Shown one piece after another: positions 1-10,477 of a stretch of 64,000 nucleotides of DNA. The stretch is from Nitrosomonadales bacterium. Lineage in GTDB: Bacteria > Pseudomonadota > Gammaproteobacteria > Burkholderiales > Gallionellaceae. A model generated the notes under the pieces. It saw nothing but the letters and a program-made list of their open reading frames with translations. It did not search any database and was not told the DNA's origin. Location of the stretch: assembly GCA_016716325.1 (NCBI GenBank), contig JADJWO010000001.1:497142-561141 (forward strand). The letters run 5' to 3'. The stretch's first letter is position 1. Each line of letters opens with the position of its first letter. The position numbers were made by a program, and so were the translations under genes.

Positions 1-1532
<1,532 letters not shown>

Positions 1533-1946
1533 CTCACGACCGGGTTTCGGTGAAGACTCATGCCCGCCAAGGCGGGCGTTATGTCGGAGCCAAAACCCGG
1601 CCATACTGGAACAGTTGAGGGAAGTAATCAAATAGCTCACGACCGGATTTCGGTGAAGACTCATGCCCGCCAAGGCGGGCGTTATGTCGGAGCCAAAACC
1701 CGGCCATACTCGAACAGTTGAGGGAAGTAATCAAATAGCTCACGACCGGGTTTCGGTGAAGACTCATGCCCGCCAAGGCGGGCGTTATGTCGGAGCCAAA
1801 ACCATGCCATCCTTCCCCGCCAATCGGGCATCCGGATGAATCCCGCTTTTTTGCGGCATCTCGCCTGATTATCTGACGTTATTTCGGTTGACCTTGCCAT
1901 AGCCTCTCGGCTAACATCGCGCAAATCCGAATTTACTCTAGGAGTT

Positions 1947-3347
1947 GTGTCTGTGTCATTGATCCGGCAGTTTTTTTCTGCATTGCTCGCCAGCGGAATT
2001 TTATTCTTCACCCCCTTCGCTCATGCAGACCAAGAACTGCTCGCACATGCGGATGAAAGCCTCGCACTCAGTACCTCGCTGCAAACTCCCTCGGCTCCGC
2101 TGTCCCTCACCTCGGCACGCAACATCAAACTCGATATCATCCCAGACGATGATGCCGTCATGGGCGATCTGTGGGAACGCATCCGCAGCGGATTCGCGAT
2201 GCGCGATCTTGACAGCACTCTGGTAGCCAGACATGAGCACTGGTATGCCAACCGCCCCGATTACGTCGCGCGGATGACCGACCGGGCGCGCCTCTATCTT
2301 TACTACATCACCGGTGAAGTCGAACGGCGCGGCATGCCTAGCGAGATCGCCCTGTTGCCGATGATAGAGAGCGCTTTCAACCCCGGCGCCTACTCGACCA
2401 GCCGCGCATCCGGTATCTGGCAATTCATCCCGTCCACCGGCAAGAACTTCGGCATGCAGCAGAACTGGTGGTATGACGGCCGGCGCGATATCGTCAGCGC
2501 AACCAACGGTGCGCTCGATTACCTGCAGAAACTGCACGACATGTTCGGAGACTGGGAACTGGCACTGGCTGCCTACAACTGGGGCGAGGGCGCCGTACAG
2601 CGCGCGCAGGAACGCAACCGGAGGCGCGGGCTACCGGTGAATTACACCAGCCTGAAGATGCCGAATGAAACGCGCAACTATGTACCCAAATTGCTGGCCA
2701 TCAAAAACATCATCGCGAATCCGGCCAGCTTTGGCCTGGTATTGCAGGACATCCCCAACAAACCGTATTTTGCCGCTGTTTCCACCGCTCACCATATCGA
2801 TGTGGAACTGGCCGCGCAGCTGGCGGACATCTCGGTGGAGGAATTCACCGCACTCAACCCCGCGCACAACCGTCCGGTGATCCTGCAGGACAACAGCGAC
2901 CTGATCCTGCTGCCGATCGACAAGATGGAAACCTTCCGCGCGAATCTGGAAGCATATGACAAGCCGCTGGTCAGCTGGCAGGCCTACCAACCCAAAAAAG
3001 GCGAACGCCTTGACCGGCTGGCCCCGCGTCTGGGACTTTCCGTTGAAAAACTGAAATCGGTGAACGGCCTGTCACGCCGCTCGAACATCAGTACCGGGCA
3101 GACCCTGCTGGTTCCCATCAATGGCGAAGAGAGCGAAACGGACGACGAGTTCACGGCTTTCAACATGCATCTCTCCCCCACCAATGACCGTGGACGCGCA
3201 ATCAAACACAGGGTACGCAAGGGCGAGACGTTGTCACAGATCGCGCGCCGCTATCATGTCAGCATCGCCAAGCTGAAAAGATGGAATGGTTCTTTGAAAA
3301 GGATCAGGGTAGGCCAGGTTATCCGCCTGTCGGGATCCGGCGGTTGA
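1947..3347 (+). CDS. mltD: membrane-bound lytic murein transglycosylase D-like (SLT domain plus LysM repeats)
   Basis: SLT motif ESAFNPGAYSTSRASGIWQFIPSTG and C-terminal LysM-like repeats such as HRVRKGETLSQIARRYHVSIAKLKRWNG. N-terminal signal-like segment. The start is ambiguous: GTG at 1947 or 1953. Confidence 0.8.
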   Translation: MSVSLIRQFFSALLASGILFFTPFAHADQELLAHADESLALSTSLQTPSAPLSLTSARNIKLDIIPDDDAVMGDLWERIRSGFAMRDLDSTLVARHEHWYANRPDYVARMTDRARLYLYYITGEVERRGMPSEIALLPMIESAFNPGAYSTSRASGIWQFIPSTGKNFGMQQNWWYDGRRDIVSATNGALDYLQKLHDMFGDWELALAAYNWGEGAVQRAQERNRRRGLPVNYTSLKMPNETRNYVPKLLAIKNIIANPASFGLVLQDIPNKPYFAAVSTAHHIDVELAAQLADISVEEFTALNPAHNRPVILQDNSDLILLPIDKMETFRANLEAYDKPLVSWQAYQPKKGERLDRLAPRLGLSVEKLKSVNGLSRRSNISTGQTLLVPINGEESETDDEFTAFNMHLSPTNDRGRAIKHRVRKGETLSQIARRYHVSIAKLKRWNGSLKRIRVGQVIRLSGSGG

Positions 3348-3406
3348 TATAGAAAGCGTCGATTCGGTAGTCGTACCGGATGGACGCTACGCCGCGTGAG
3401 CGCACC

Positions 3407-3703
3407 TCACGAAGACAAGTGACGCGAAGCAAACCTTTCGGAAAACGCGGCAAAATAGCGATATCCCTTCCATACCAGCCAGCCGCTCCGCAACAAGCCA
3501 ACGACGCCATGGCGGCGGATCACGAACAGCATCACCGCACCCGCCACCAGCACCGGCCTGGCGCGCAGATAATTCAGCACAGCCAAGCCACGGTCGGCGA
3601 ATGCCAGAGGTGTTTGCCAGCGCGCGCCGACCCCGGCCACTTCTTCGCGCTGCGCGGAAATCTTCGCCAGCAATTCGCTGCGACGCTGCATCACATCGGC
3701 CAT
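3407..3703 (-). CDS. YqjK-like small membrane protein
   Basis: 98-aa product MADVMQRRSELLAKISAQREEV... lying downstream of the DUF883 and DUF1469-like genes, as in the yqjD-yqjE-yqjK arrangement. Start placed at ATG 3703, because the longer tracked ORF overlaps the upstream gene. Confidence 0.5.
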   Translation of the reverse strand: MADVMQRRSELLAKISAQREEVAGVGARWQTPLAFADRGLAVLNYLRARPVLVAGAVMLFVIRRHGVVGLLRSGWLVWKGYRYFAAFSERFASRHLSS

Positions 3704-3707
3704 TTTT

Positions 3708-4094
3708 CTATTCGCGGTCGGCATCGAGATGCTCACGATCTTTGGCCAACTCGGCCAGACTGACGGAAAACAATCTTGATTTTTCCTGCAACATGCGGTG
3801 CAGCAATGCCCCAATGAGGGTGCCGGCCGTAATGAAAAGCACACTCATCACGGCAGTCACCACAAGCCGGTGTTCATCCCAGAACAACAGCACGATGAAC
3901 AACGTCAGCAGCAACGCGCCTACACCGAAACAGAATAACGCCAGCAGAGCAAGGAGCAGCATCTGCGAGAGACGCAGACGCTCCTCCTGCCACTCGTTCG
4001 CCAGCAACTCGAGCCGCGTCGAAGCGATAGAAACCAGCGTGGAAAGCAACTGTCTGGCAGATGCCATCAGTCCTTGACCAGCCTCCGACATCAC
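3708..4094 (-). CDS. YqjE-like / DUF1469 (phage-holin-family-like) membrane protein
   Basis: 128 aa with two hydrophobic helices (LLLALLALFCFGVGALLLTLFIVLLF; VVTAVMSVLFITAGTLIGALL). Abuts the DUF883 gene directly, stop to start. Confidence 0.55.
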   Translation of the reverse strand: MMSEAGQGLMASARQLLSTLVSIASTRLELLANEWQEERLRLSQMLLLALLALFCFGVGALLLTLFIVLLFWDEHRLVVTAVMSVLFITAGTLIGALLHRMLQEKSRLFSVSLAELAKDREHLDADRE

Positions 4095-4424
4095 TTAGCG
4101 ACCGCGCCCGATCAGCATCCCGACGACCAAACCGACGCTCGCAGCGATTCCCACCGCATACCAAGGATTCTCGTGCACATACTCATCAGTCGCCTTGGCC
4201 GCCTGCTTCGTTGTCTCGATCACAGCCTCTTCCGCTTCCAGCAGCCGTTCCTTGGCAACAGCGAGATTCTTCTGGATGCGCTCACGCACAGCAGCCACTT
4301 TTTCGCCAGCCTGTCCGGCGGTTGCATGCAACAGCTCTTCCGCGTCATTCACCACTGCGCGCATGTCCTGCGCGAGTTTTTCCTTGCTGACATCCCTTGT
4401 CACGCTTACCGACTTGGTGCTCAT
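4095..4424 (-). CDS. DUF883 (ElaB/YqjD-like) C-tail-anchored membrane protein
   Basis: 109 aa. Helical N-terminal region, then ENPWYAVGIAASVGLVVGMLIGRGR, a C-terminal anchor typical of the ElaB/YqjD family. Confidence 0.7.
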   Translation of the reverse strand: MSTKSVSVTRDVSKEKLAQDMRAVVNDAEELLHATAGQAGEKVAAVRERIQKNLAVAKERLLEAEEAVIETTKQAAKATDEYVHENPWYAVGIAASVGLVVGMLIGRGR

Positions 4425-4546
4425 GATCCACTCCTTTTAGTAGTAACTGAAAGATTTGCAACCAGTACCCGGAAACATCCAGAAAGCTTCCAGATACCCC
4501 TGCCTCTTTTTAAACCAATTACCTATCCCCGTCAACCGAAGTACCG

Positions 4547-6529
4547 TTATCGCGTGTATAAATGACACCGGACTGCATGCGCCGATGACAACATGGCTTC
4601 TTCGGGATAGGCACGGCGACAACGTTCGTCCGCCTGCGGACAACGCGGCGCAAAATGGCAACCGGGGGGAGGGTTCGCCGGCGATGGCAGATCGCCCTCC
4701 AGCCGGATGAATTTCCGGCCCTTGGTGTCTATGCGCGGCACAGCCGACAACAATGCCTGCGAGTAAGGATGTTGGGGATTGTGCATCACCTCTTCCGTCG
4801 TGCCCCGTTCGACGATACGTCCCAGATACATCACACATACTTCATGCGCGAGATATTCGACTACCGCCAGATTGTGTGTGATGAACAGGTAGCTCAACGC
4901 CAGCTCATCCTGTAGCGACTTCAGCAGGTTCAGTATCTGCGCCTGCACCGATACATCCAGCGCCGAAGTCGGCTCGTCGCAGATCAGCAGTCTGGGCGAC
5001 ACCGCCAGCGCGCGCGCGATGGCAATACGTTGCCGTTGTCCGCCGGAGAACTCGTGCGGATAGCGCCACTTGCTGTCGCGCGCCAGCCCCACCTTGTCCA
5101 GCAGCTCATCGATATGTACCTGACGCGCAGCGCTGTCGCCGCCGATGCCGAGCGCACTCATACCCTCTTCCAGTATCTCCGCCACGCGCATCTTGGGATT
5201 CAGCGAGGCATAGGGATCCTGGAACACCATCTGCATCCCGGCATAATGTCTCGCACCATCCAGTGTTACGCCATCGAACATTACCTGTCCTGCAGTCGGC
5301 CTGTTCAAATTCAGCAACGCCTTGCCCAGCGTCGTCTTGCCGCAGCCCGACTCCCCCACCAGTGCCAGCGTGCGTCCCTGCGGTATCTCCAGGGAAACGC
5401 CATCCACCGCCTTCACCTGCCCCACCGTGTGCTGCAGCAAACCCTTGCGGATCGGGAAATGAACGCGCAAGTCGGCGACTTGCAGAAGAGGATTCAGGAT
5501 ACGGGATACAGGATTCGGGGATCCCTCCTCCGCAAGCATGCGGGAGGTGCCAGTTTCTGTATCCCGTATCCTGTATCCCGCATCCCGATAAAGATGGCAC
5601 CGTACCCCCTTCCCATCGATAACCGTCCACTCCGGCGCCTGCTCATGGCACAACATCCATGCCCGGTCGCAACGCGGCGCGAAACGACAGCCCTCCGTGA
5701 TGCCGTCCAACGGCGGCACACTGCCCGGAATAGCCACCAATGGTTTTCCGCTGTGGCTTGCATCCGGCAAGGCAGCAAACAATTTCCGGGTATACGGATG
5801 CAACGGCTGCTCGAACAATTGTTCACGCGTCGCCTGCTCCACGATCTGCCCGGCATACATCACGCCGACGCGGTGTGCATTCTCCGCCACCACACCCAGG
5901 TCGTGCGTGATGAGAAGCACCCCCATGCCGCTCTGCCGCTGTGTCTCGCGTAGCAGTTGCAGCACCTGCGCCTGTATCGTTACATCCAGTGCGGTGGTCG
6001 GCTCGTCGGCGATGAGTAGTTCTGGTTCTCCCGCCAGCGCCATCGCGATCATCACGCGCTGCTTCATGCCGCCAGACATCTGGAACGGATACTCATGCAC
6101 ACGCCGCGCCGCGTCCGGGATGCCCACCTGCTCCAGCAAATCGATACTACGTGCAAGCGCGGCGTTACCCTGCAAATCCTTGTGCAGCGCCAGCGATTCA
6201 GAGATCTGCTCTCCTACCGTCATCACCGGATTCAGGCTCAGCCCCGGCTCCTGGAAGATCATCGCCATCCTGCCGCCGCGCACCTCGCGCATGTCACGTT
6301 CGGCAAGTTCGAACAAAGACACGTCTCCCAGCTTCGCGGATCCGCTTGCGTTCTCCACCCCGTCCGGTAGCAACCGCATCAATGACAGCGCCGACATCGA
6401 CTTGCCGCAACCCGATTCGCCGAGCAGTGCGAAAGTCTCGCCAGCCTCGATGTCGAACGAGATGCCATTGACGATGGCCGCACCGCTGTGCAAAGAAGTG
6501 ATGAGAGATCGAACAGAAAGGATAGGCAT
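4547..6529 (-). CDS. ABC transporter ATP-binding protein with two fused NBDs (oligopeptide/YejF-like)
   Basis: 660 aa. Two Walker A motifs (GESGCGKS twice), two signature motifs (MSGGMKQR and FSGGQRQR), and two oligopeptide-type C-terminal extensions (CRFAPRC and CHFAPRC). Confidence 0.85.
   Translation of the reverse strand: MPILSVRSLITSLHSGAAIVNGISFDIEAGETFALLGESGCGKSMSALSLMRLLPDGVENASGSAKLGDVSLFELAERDMREVRGGRMAMIFQEPGLSLNPVMTVGEQISESLALHKDLQGNAALARSIDLLEQVGIPDAARRVHEYPFQMSGGMKQRVMIAMALAGEPELLIADEPTTALDVTIQAQVLQLLRETQRQSGMGVLLITHDLGVVAENAHRVGVMYAGQIVEQATREQLFEQPLHPYTRKLFAALPDASHSGKPLVAIPGSVPPLDGITEGCRFAPRCDRAWMLCHEQAPEWTVIDGKGVRCHLYRDAGYRIRDTETGTSRMLAEEGSPNPVSRILNPLLQVADLRVHFPIRKGLLQHTVGQVKAVDGVSLEIPQGRTLALVGESGCGKTTLGKALLNLNRPTAGQVMFDGVTLDGARHYAGMQMVFQDPYASLNPKMRVAEILEEGMSALGIGGDSAARQVHIDELLDKVGLARDSKWRYPHEFSGGQRQRIAIARALAVSPRLLICDEPTSALDVSVQAQILNLLKSLQDELALSYLFITHNLAVVEYLAHEVCVMYLGRIVERGTTEEVMHNPQHPYSQALLSAVPRIDTKGRKFIRLEGDLPSPANPPPGCHFAPRCPQADERCRRAYPEEAMLSSAHAVRCHLYTR
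5495..5573. repeat. intragenic nested palindrome with heptamer repeats, inside the inter-NBD linker
   Basis: caggatacgggatacag (5495-5511) is the exact reverse complement of ctgtatcccgtatcctg (5557-5573). The 45-nt spacer holds a second, imperfect hairpin centred on gcatgc. The right arm lies in a run of 7-nt repeats (g/c)(t/c)atcc(c/t). Confidence 0.8.
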
Positions 6530-6649
6530 ATGGATGTGTATTGTATGAGGAATGCATCAATTGCCAAACCATAATGCCAAGCAGACAACGCGGCATCCAT
6601 AGATGCAGGAAAAAACGTGGCCTGAGCCCGCTCCGGTTTAGTCGCAAAG

Positions 6650-6790
6650 AAACAATTTCCGACATCCTGCGGCACACGCGCCAATGCATGGGCTCATTGT
6701 TCAGTCGTACAGCTTGATGAGCTTGTGGATGCGTCAAACTGCATCACTGATAAACGCAGTCGGATGAATCGCAGCCTAGCCATGAATCGA
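6650..6790 (+). pseudogene. 3'-terminal remnant of a tyrosine-integrase gene (copy of the int 3' end at 30148-30267)
   Basis: Roughly 90% nucleotide identity by eye to the last ~120 nt of int. No upstream integrase coding sequence is present. Confidence 0.7.
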
Positions 6791-6924
6791 CGGGAAAGGC
6801 TTGGGAATGAAAGTCCCAAAAAAGTCCCAGTGGAAAGAAAAATGGGTTAGATCATATTTGACCTAACCCATTGATTATATGGCGCGCCCGAAGAGATTCG
6901 AACTCCTGACCCCTTGGTTCGTAG
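6664..6924. repeat. left copy of a ~260-bp imperfect direct repeat (partner at 30148-30406)
   Basis: By-eye alignment runs from atcctgcggca... to ...ccccttggttcgtag. The repeat includes a conserved hairpin (tgggttag...ctaaccca) and the tRNA 3' segment. Confidence 0.85.
6880..6924 (-). other. 45-nt 3' fragment of tRNA-Arg(ACG); distal att-type repeat of the island
   Basis: tggcgcgcccgaagagattcgaactcctgaccccttggttcgtag is identical to 30362-30406, which runs from the CCA end to the anticodon loop. Identity stops there: ttccaa on the left versus ccaagt on the right. Confidence 0.9.
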
Positions 6925-7105
6925 TTCCAAACTGAAAGCGTATCCATATGATTATTAACCGATAATGCCGTGGCGACCGTTGCAACTGTTGCACCACAAT
7001 GCATAACCGTTCATAACTGATTTACGCAAAAGTCACGCACAAAACACTAAGGCCTGGGTAGTCATTGTCACGCACAAATCACTAAGCCCCACCCTTCCTA
7101 TTCAC

Positions 7106-7531
7106 TCAAAATGGCTCAGCGCGCGCTATTTCCAGCAGTTCCTCGTCGCTCATAGCCTCAAGTCTGGAGAGATAGGCTTTGCCGCTATCGGTCACATCAA
7201 CCGTGTGCCGTTCTGGGCTATAAAACCCGCACATCTTCGCGATCTCACGCCAGCCTGCTATGACCGTGGCGGGGTCGTTCTTAAGTTTCGCCACATGGAT
7301 GGCATCCTGAAGCTCCAGAAGCACCTCTGCGCGCGTTAAATCGAGCTCTCTGGCGGTCTGTGCCTCGCGCACGGCTAGAGCGGCTAAAACCTTATGATTT
7401 CTTAACAGCAGCGAGCCGGTAACATGGGCCGAGGATACAGCGAACCCCGCTCTTCGCGCGGCGTCCGAAGCGCAGCGGCTGATGGAATATTCTTCGACAA
7501 AACGGGCTTGGCGGGCTGTAAGTTTCTGCAT
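7106..7531 (-). CDS. phage terminase small subunit (Terminase_2/P27-like)
   Basis: MQKLTARQARFVEEYSISRCASDAARRAGFAVSSAHVTGSLLLRNHKV... fits the LTxxQxxFvxEY...AAxxAG...LL pattern of small terminases. Start moved to ATG 7531. Confidence 0.75.
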   Translation of the reverse strand: MQKLTARQARFVEEYSISRCASDAARRAGFAVSSAHVTGSLLLRNHKVLAALAVREAQTARELDLTRAEVLLELQDAIHVAKLKNDPATVIAGWREIAKMCGFYSPERHTVDVTDSGKAYLSRLEAMSDEELLEIARAEPF

Positions 7532-7835
7532 GGCTGACAACTCCCTTCTTCGCACACAGATCATCGTTCGAAGTGCTTCGTGCGATGTGCGGATTATACC
7601 GCTAATACCATGTATTGTATGGGTTTATATGAGCATCCGCTGGCAGCATCCAAAGCATAAATCCTGCTCAGATTGCTATGTGATGCGCCCGCTTATGCTT
7701 TTTCGATGACTCTGGCAACATCGCCGCGACACTCAGAGCACAAACCCACCAACAGGTCGTGCGCTACTACGAGAAGCACTAAGTGGACGGGCATTATCGG
7801 GGGGGGCTGTTAGTGCGGATGATGCTGGATATGAC

Positions 7836-8390
7836 ATGTTGCTTGCAAGTGCTGTATCGCAGAATGAGTTGTATATCTGTGATTGGCTGATGCAGCATGG
7901 GGCGATGCTTGCGCATGAATCGAGCAAAGTTGTGCTGTATAACGATAACTCGGCACTCCTGCAAAAGTTGATTGATTACACACCAAATGGTTTGAGTGCA
8001 TTTGTTAAACTTAACAATTTATGGTTGGAGTCAATTGCCACCGGAGCTAAACGTTGTGAACCTATTATCGCAAGAGCGATGCTCCACACTGCATCATCCA
8101 CAGACCGAGTTAAAACTCCAAATGGGTATTGTGTGCAGCTTTGTATCGCTGCGCGATATGGATTTATTGATGAGTTTGAGAATCTGGTTCTCAAGGGGGC
8201 AGACCCCAACGAGAGCCTCGACGCGTTTTCGTTAGAAAATATGCCGCTTGTTTGGGCAGTACATTATAGGCAATTAGCCATATGTCTTCGTTTGCTAGCG
8301 CTAGGGGCCAAGATTGCACCTATATCATTATTGGCCAACCTATCTGACCGAGAATGGTTCTATAAAAATGTACTAGATGAAAATCTTTAA
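7836..8390 (+). CDS. ankyrin-repeat-like protein (low-GC cargo)
   Basis: At least two ANK-like repeats: NGYCVQLCIAARYGFIDEFENLVLKGADPNE and MPLVWAVHYRQLAICLRLLALGAKI. Confidence 0.45.
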   Translation: MLLASAVSQNELYICDWLMQHGAMLAHESSKVVLYNDNSALLQKLIDYTPNGLSAFVKLNNLWLESIATGAKRCEPIIARAMLHTASSTDRVKTPNGYCVQLCIAARYGFIDEFENLVLKGADPNESLDAFSLENMPLVWAVHYRQLAICLRLLALGAKIAPISLLANLSDREWFYKNVLDENL

Positions 8391-8696
8391 ATCTAGTAAT
8401 TTCAATATCAGCCACCACAAACATCAGTAATGAACCGCTCCGACCCCATAACAGCATTGCAATCTCACGCCAAGGCTTCAAGCTCTGTTGTTTTGCGCAG
8501 GTCGGATTACCCAGTTTGCGTAAGCCTAACTACCCAGAGTGATATGGCATATTTCCCGTACTGGGCAACACAGTACAGCAAAATCTGATGGGTAGTCTTA
8601 ATCGCGCAGTATGGGTAATTTGATGCGCGCATCAACGCCCAGAGTCTATCCGTTGACGTTTCCACAAACGTCTGCCACAGTGCTGACGTAGGGAGA

Positions 8697-10175
8697 ATGA
8701 CCATGTCCGAAAAATGGAACGAGCGAGGTCGAACCGCCGCCAGCGCCGTCAAGCGCGGCGCCGAAGCCACGGCTAACGGCATACACACTGCCACCAATTT
8801 CGTCGCCCGCAATGACGGGCGCGTCGCTGATGGTGCGCAGGTAGTCACCCAGGTGCTTGGCGGCGGCCTCGATAAAATGGGCGGCAGCCTCGCCGCAGCG
8901 TCCCAGCAGGCCAGCCAATCCCTCCACAGCAACGCATCGCGTCTGGCCGATGCAGCACAAAACTCCATCGTCGGTACAGGGCCAGCAAGCGGCTGGCGCA
9001 AGGGCGCAGGTCTCTTGGCATGGGGGCTTACCAAGGTTGCCACCCACACCGTAGGGGTGACTGCAAATGCCGCCACGGTGCTGGGCAAGGTGACAGCCGC
9101 TACGGGCCGTGTTACCGAACGGTCAGCACCAGCGATTGGCGGCGCAGTAGGTGGTGTTGTGCGCGGTGCTGTCGAGATCACATCCAACGCTGTGGACGCA
9201 GCAGCACTGCCCGCGTCCCGCATCGACGCCATGCGCTCAGAGTTGCGCACCTTGGGCCAGAAAGAAATGCAGCGGGCCGAGGTACTGATGCGGAAGATCG
9301 CATCTGCCAAGCGCGGCAAACGAAAAGCCGAACTGCTCGACTTGCTGGTGGTCGGCGGCATTACCCTGGCCCAAGCCATCCGCAACCCTGCGGGCGTGCC
9401 ACCAGAGATCGAACGTGCTTTCGACTTGGCCTATCCAGGGCTGACACAAACTGAATCGTTTGCGGATGCCGTCAACCGCATGTCCAGCGACCAGTTGACT
9501 GGGCTGGTTTCCAGCATTAAGGGCAAGCTCTTTGAAATTGAACTGGTGGACCACCTGAACGAAGGTGGACTGCCGGACGGGTTCCGCGCTGAACTTGCCC
9601 AGAGTGTTACCCAGCCGGGCTGGGATATCCAGATCACGGATGCACAAGGGAACGTCAACGAACTACTGCAAGCCAAAGCGACAGAGTCGGCCAGCTACGT
9701 GCAGGACGCGCTGGAACGTTACCCCAACATTGATGTGATGACGACCAGCGAAGTGCACGGCCAGTTGGTGGCCATGGGCCTGGCGCAGAACGCACATGAC
9801 AGCGGAATCAGCGAAACAGTTTTGCAGGCCAAAGTTGATGCAGCCACTCATGGAGGTACTGCTTTTGATGCAAGCGACCTGGTGCCATCCAGCATCGGCC
9901 TGGCGGTGATTGCGCTCTCAGTGTTTATGAACAAGGAAGGCAGCCTGCGCGAAAAGGGTGCCGTGTTTGGTACTCGCTCGGCCAAGGCGGGTGTGTCTAG
10001 CGCGGTGGGCAAAGTTGCTATGGTCGTGACGCAGACTTGGTGGCTGGGACTGGTTGCGGGGGTGGGGTCGAGCTGGCTGGCTGCCAGCGGGCACGGGAAG
10101 CGAGAACAGTATGAGGCGCTGCGGGGGGCGCTGGGGGTGATGCAGAATAAGTGGCTGCCGCAACTGAGCATTTGA
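8697..10175 (+). CDS. hypothetical protein: Ala/Gly/Thr-rich N-terminal region, Mrr-cat-like PD-(D/E)xK domain, C-terminal transmembrane helices
   Basis: GKLFEIELVDHLNEGG...PGWDIQITDAQGNVNELLQAKAT fits the E...D-x-D...Q-x-K pattern of Mrr-type nuclease cores. Hydrophobic segments: SSIGLAVIALSVFM and WWLGLVAGVGSSWLAA. The start may be ATG 8703, which has better SD spacing. Confidence 0.5.
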   Translation: MTMSEKWNERGRTAASAVKRGAEATANGIHTATNFVARNDGRVADGAQVVTQVLGGGLDKMGGSLAAASQQASQSLHSNASRLADAAQNSIVGTGPASGWRKGAGLLAWGLTKVATHTVGVTANAATVLGKVTAATGRVTERSAPAIGGAVGGVVRGAVEITSNAVDAAALPASRIDAMRSELRTLGQKEMQRAEVLMRKIASAKRGKRKAELLDLLVVGGITLAQAIRNPAGVPPEIERAFDLAYPGLTQTESFADAVNRMSSDQLTGLVSSIKGKLFEIELVDHLNEGGLPDGFRAELAQSVTQPGWDIQITDAQGNVNELLQAKATESASYVQDALERYPNIDVMTTSEVHGQLVAMGLAQNAHDSGISETVLQAKVDAATHGGTAFDASDLVPSSIGLAVIALSVFMNKEGSLREKGAVFGTRSAKAGVSSAVGKVAMVVTQTWWLGLVAGVGSSWLAASGHGKREQYEALRGALGVMQNKWLPQLSI

Positions 10176-10195
10176 AACTGTTCACCGCAGGCCGC

Positions 10196-10477
10196 TCATT
10201 TACACGACCACTCGGACGGCGACAGCCATCTGCAGTTCTCTGGATAGCCCGGGCGTCCGTCTTTGTCAAATACATGGGGTTCTGATGGCACGGGTGGCAG
10301 GTTTACCTCAAACGTCCTATCGCTTGGAGAATTCAGTTCACAAGCCAGATAATCTTCGTCTGATATAACACTTTTGCGCTCACGGATTTTTCCAGGGTTT
10401 TGTTTCTGGCGCGTCGCAGTATCTGTGTGGTGGTCTACGGTTGGTGGTATGAAAGTCATCCGTTTTCTACGATGCAA
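10196..10477 (-). CDS. hypothetical small protein, convergent with the 8697-10175 gene
   Basis: ORF only (93 aa, or 87 aa from MTFIPP). No motif recognised. Confidence 0.25.
   Translation of the reverse strand: MHRRKRMTFIPPTVDHHTDTATRQKQNPGKIRERKSVISDEDYLACELNSPSDRTFEVNLPPVPSEPHVFDKDGRPGYPENCRWLSPSEWSCK

Noticed and set aside
6294-6737. 147-aa minus-strand ORF at the left repeat, and its counterpart at 30098-30307
   Set aside because: Both lie antisense to the integrase 3' sequence or its remnant, and they resemble each other only because of the direct repeat.
8507-9385. 292-aa ORF antisense to the 5' part of the 8697-10175 gene
   Set aside because: It is Ala/Ser/Thr/Pro-rich and low in complexity. 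The plus-strand ORF is longer and carries a nuclease-like motif and TM helices.
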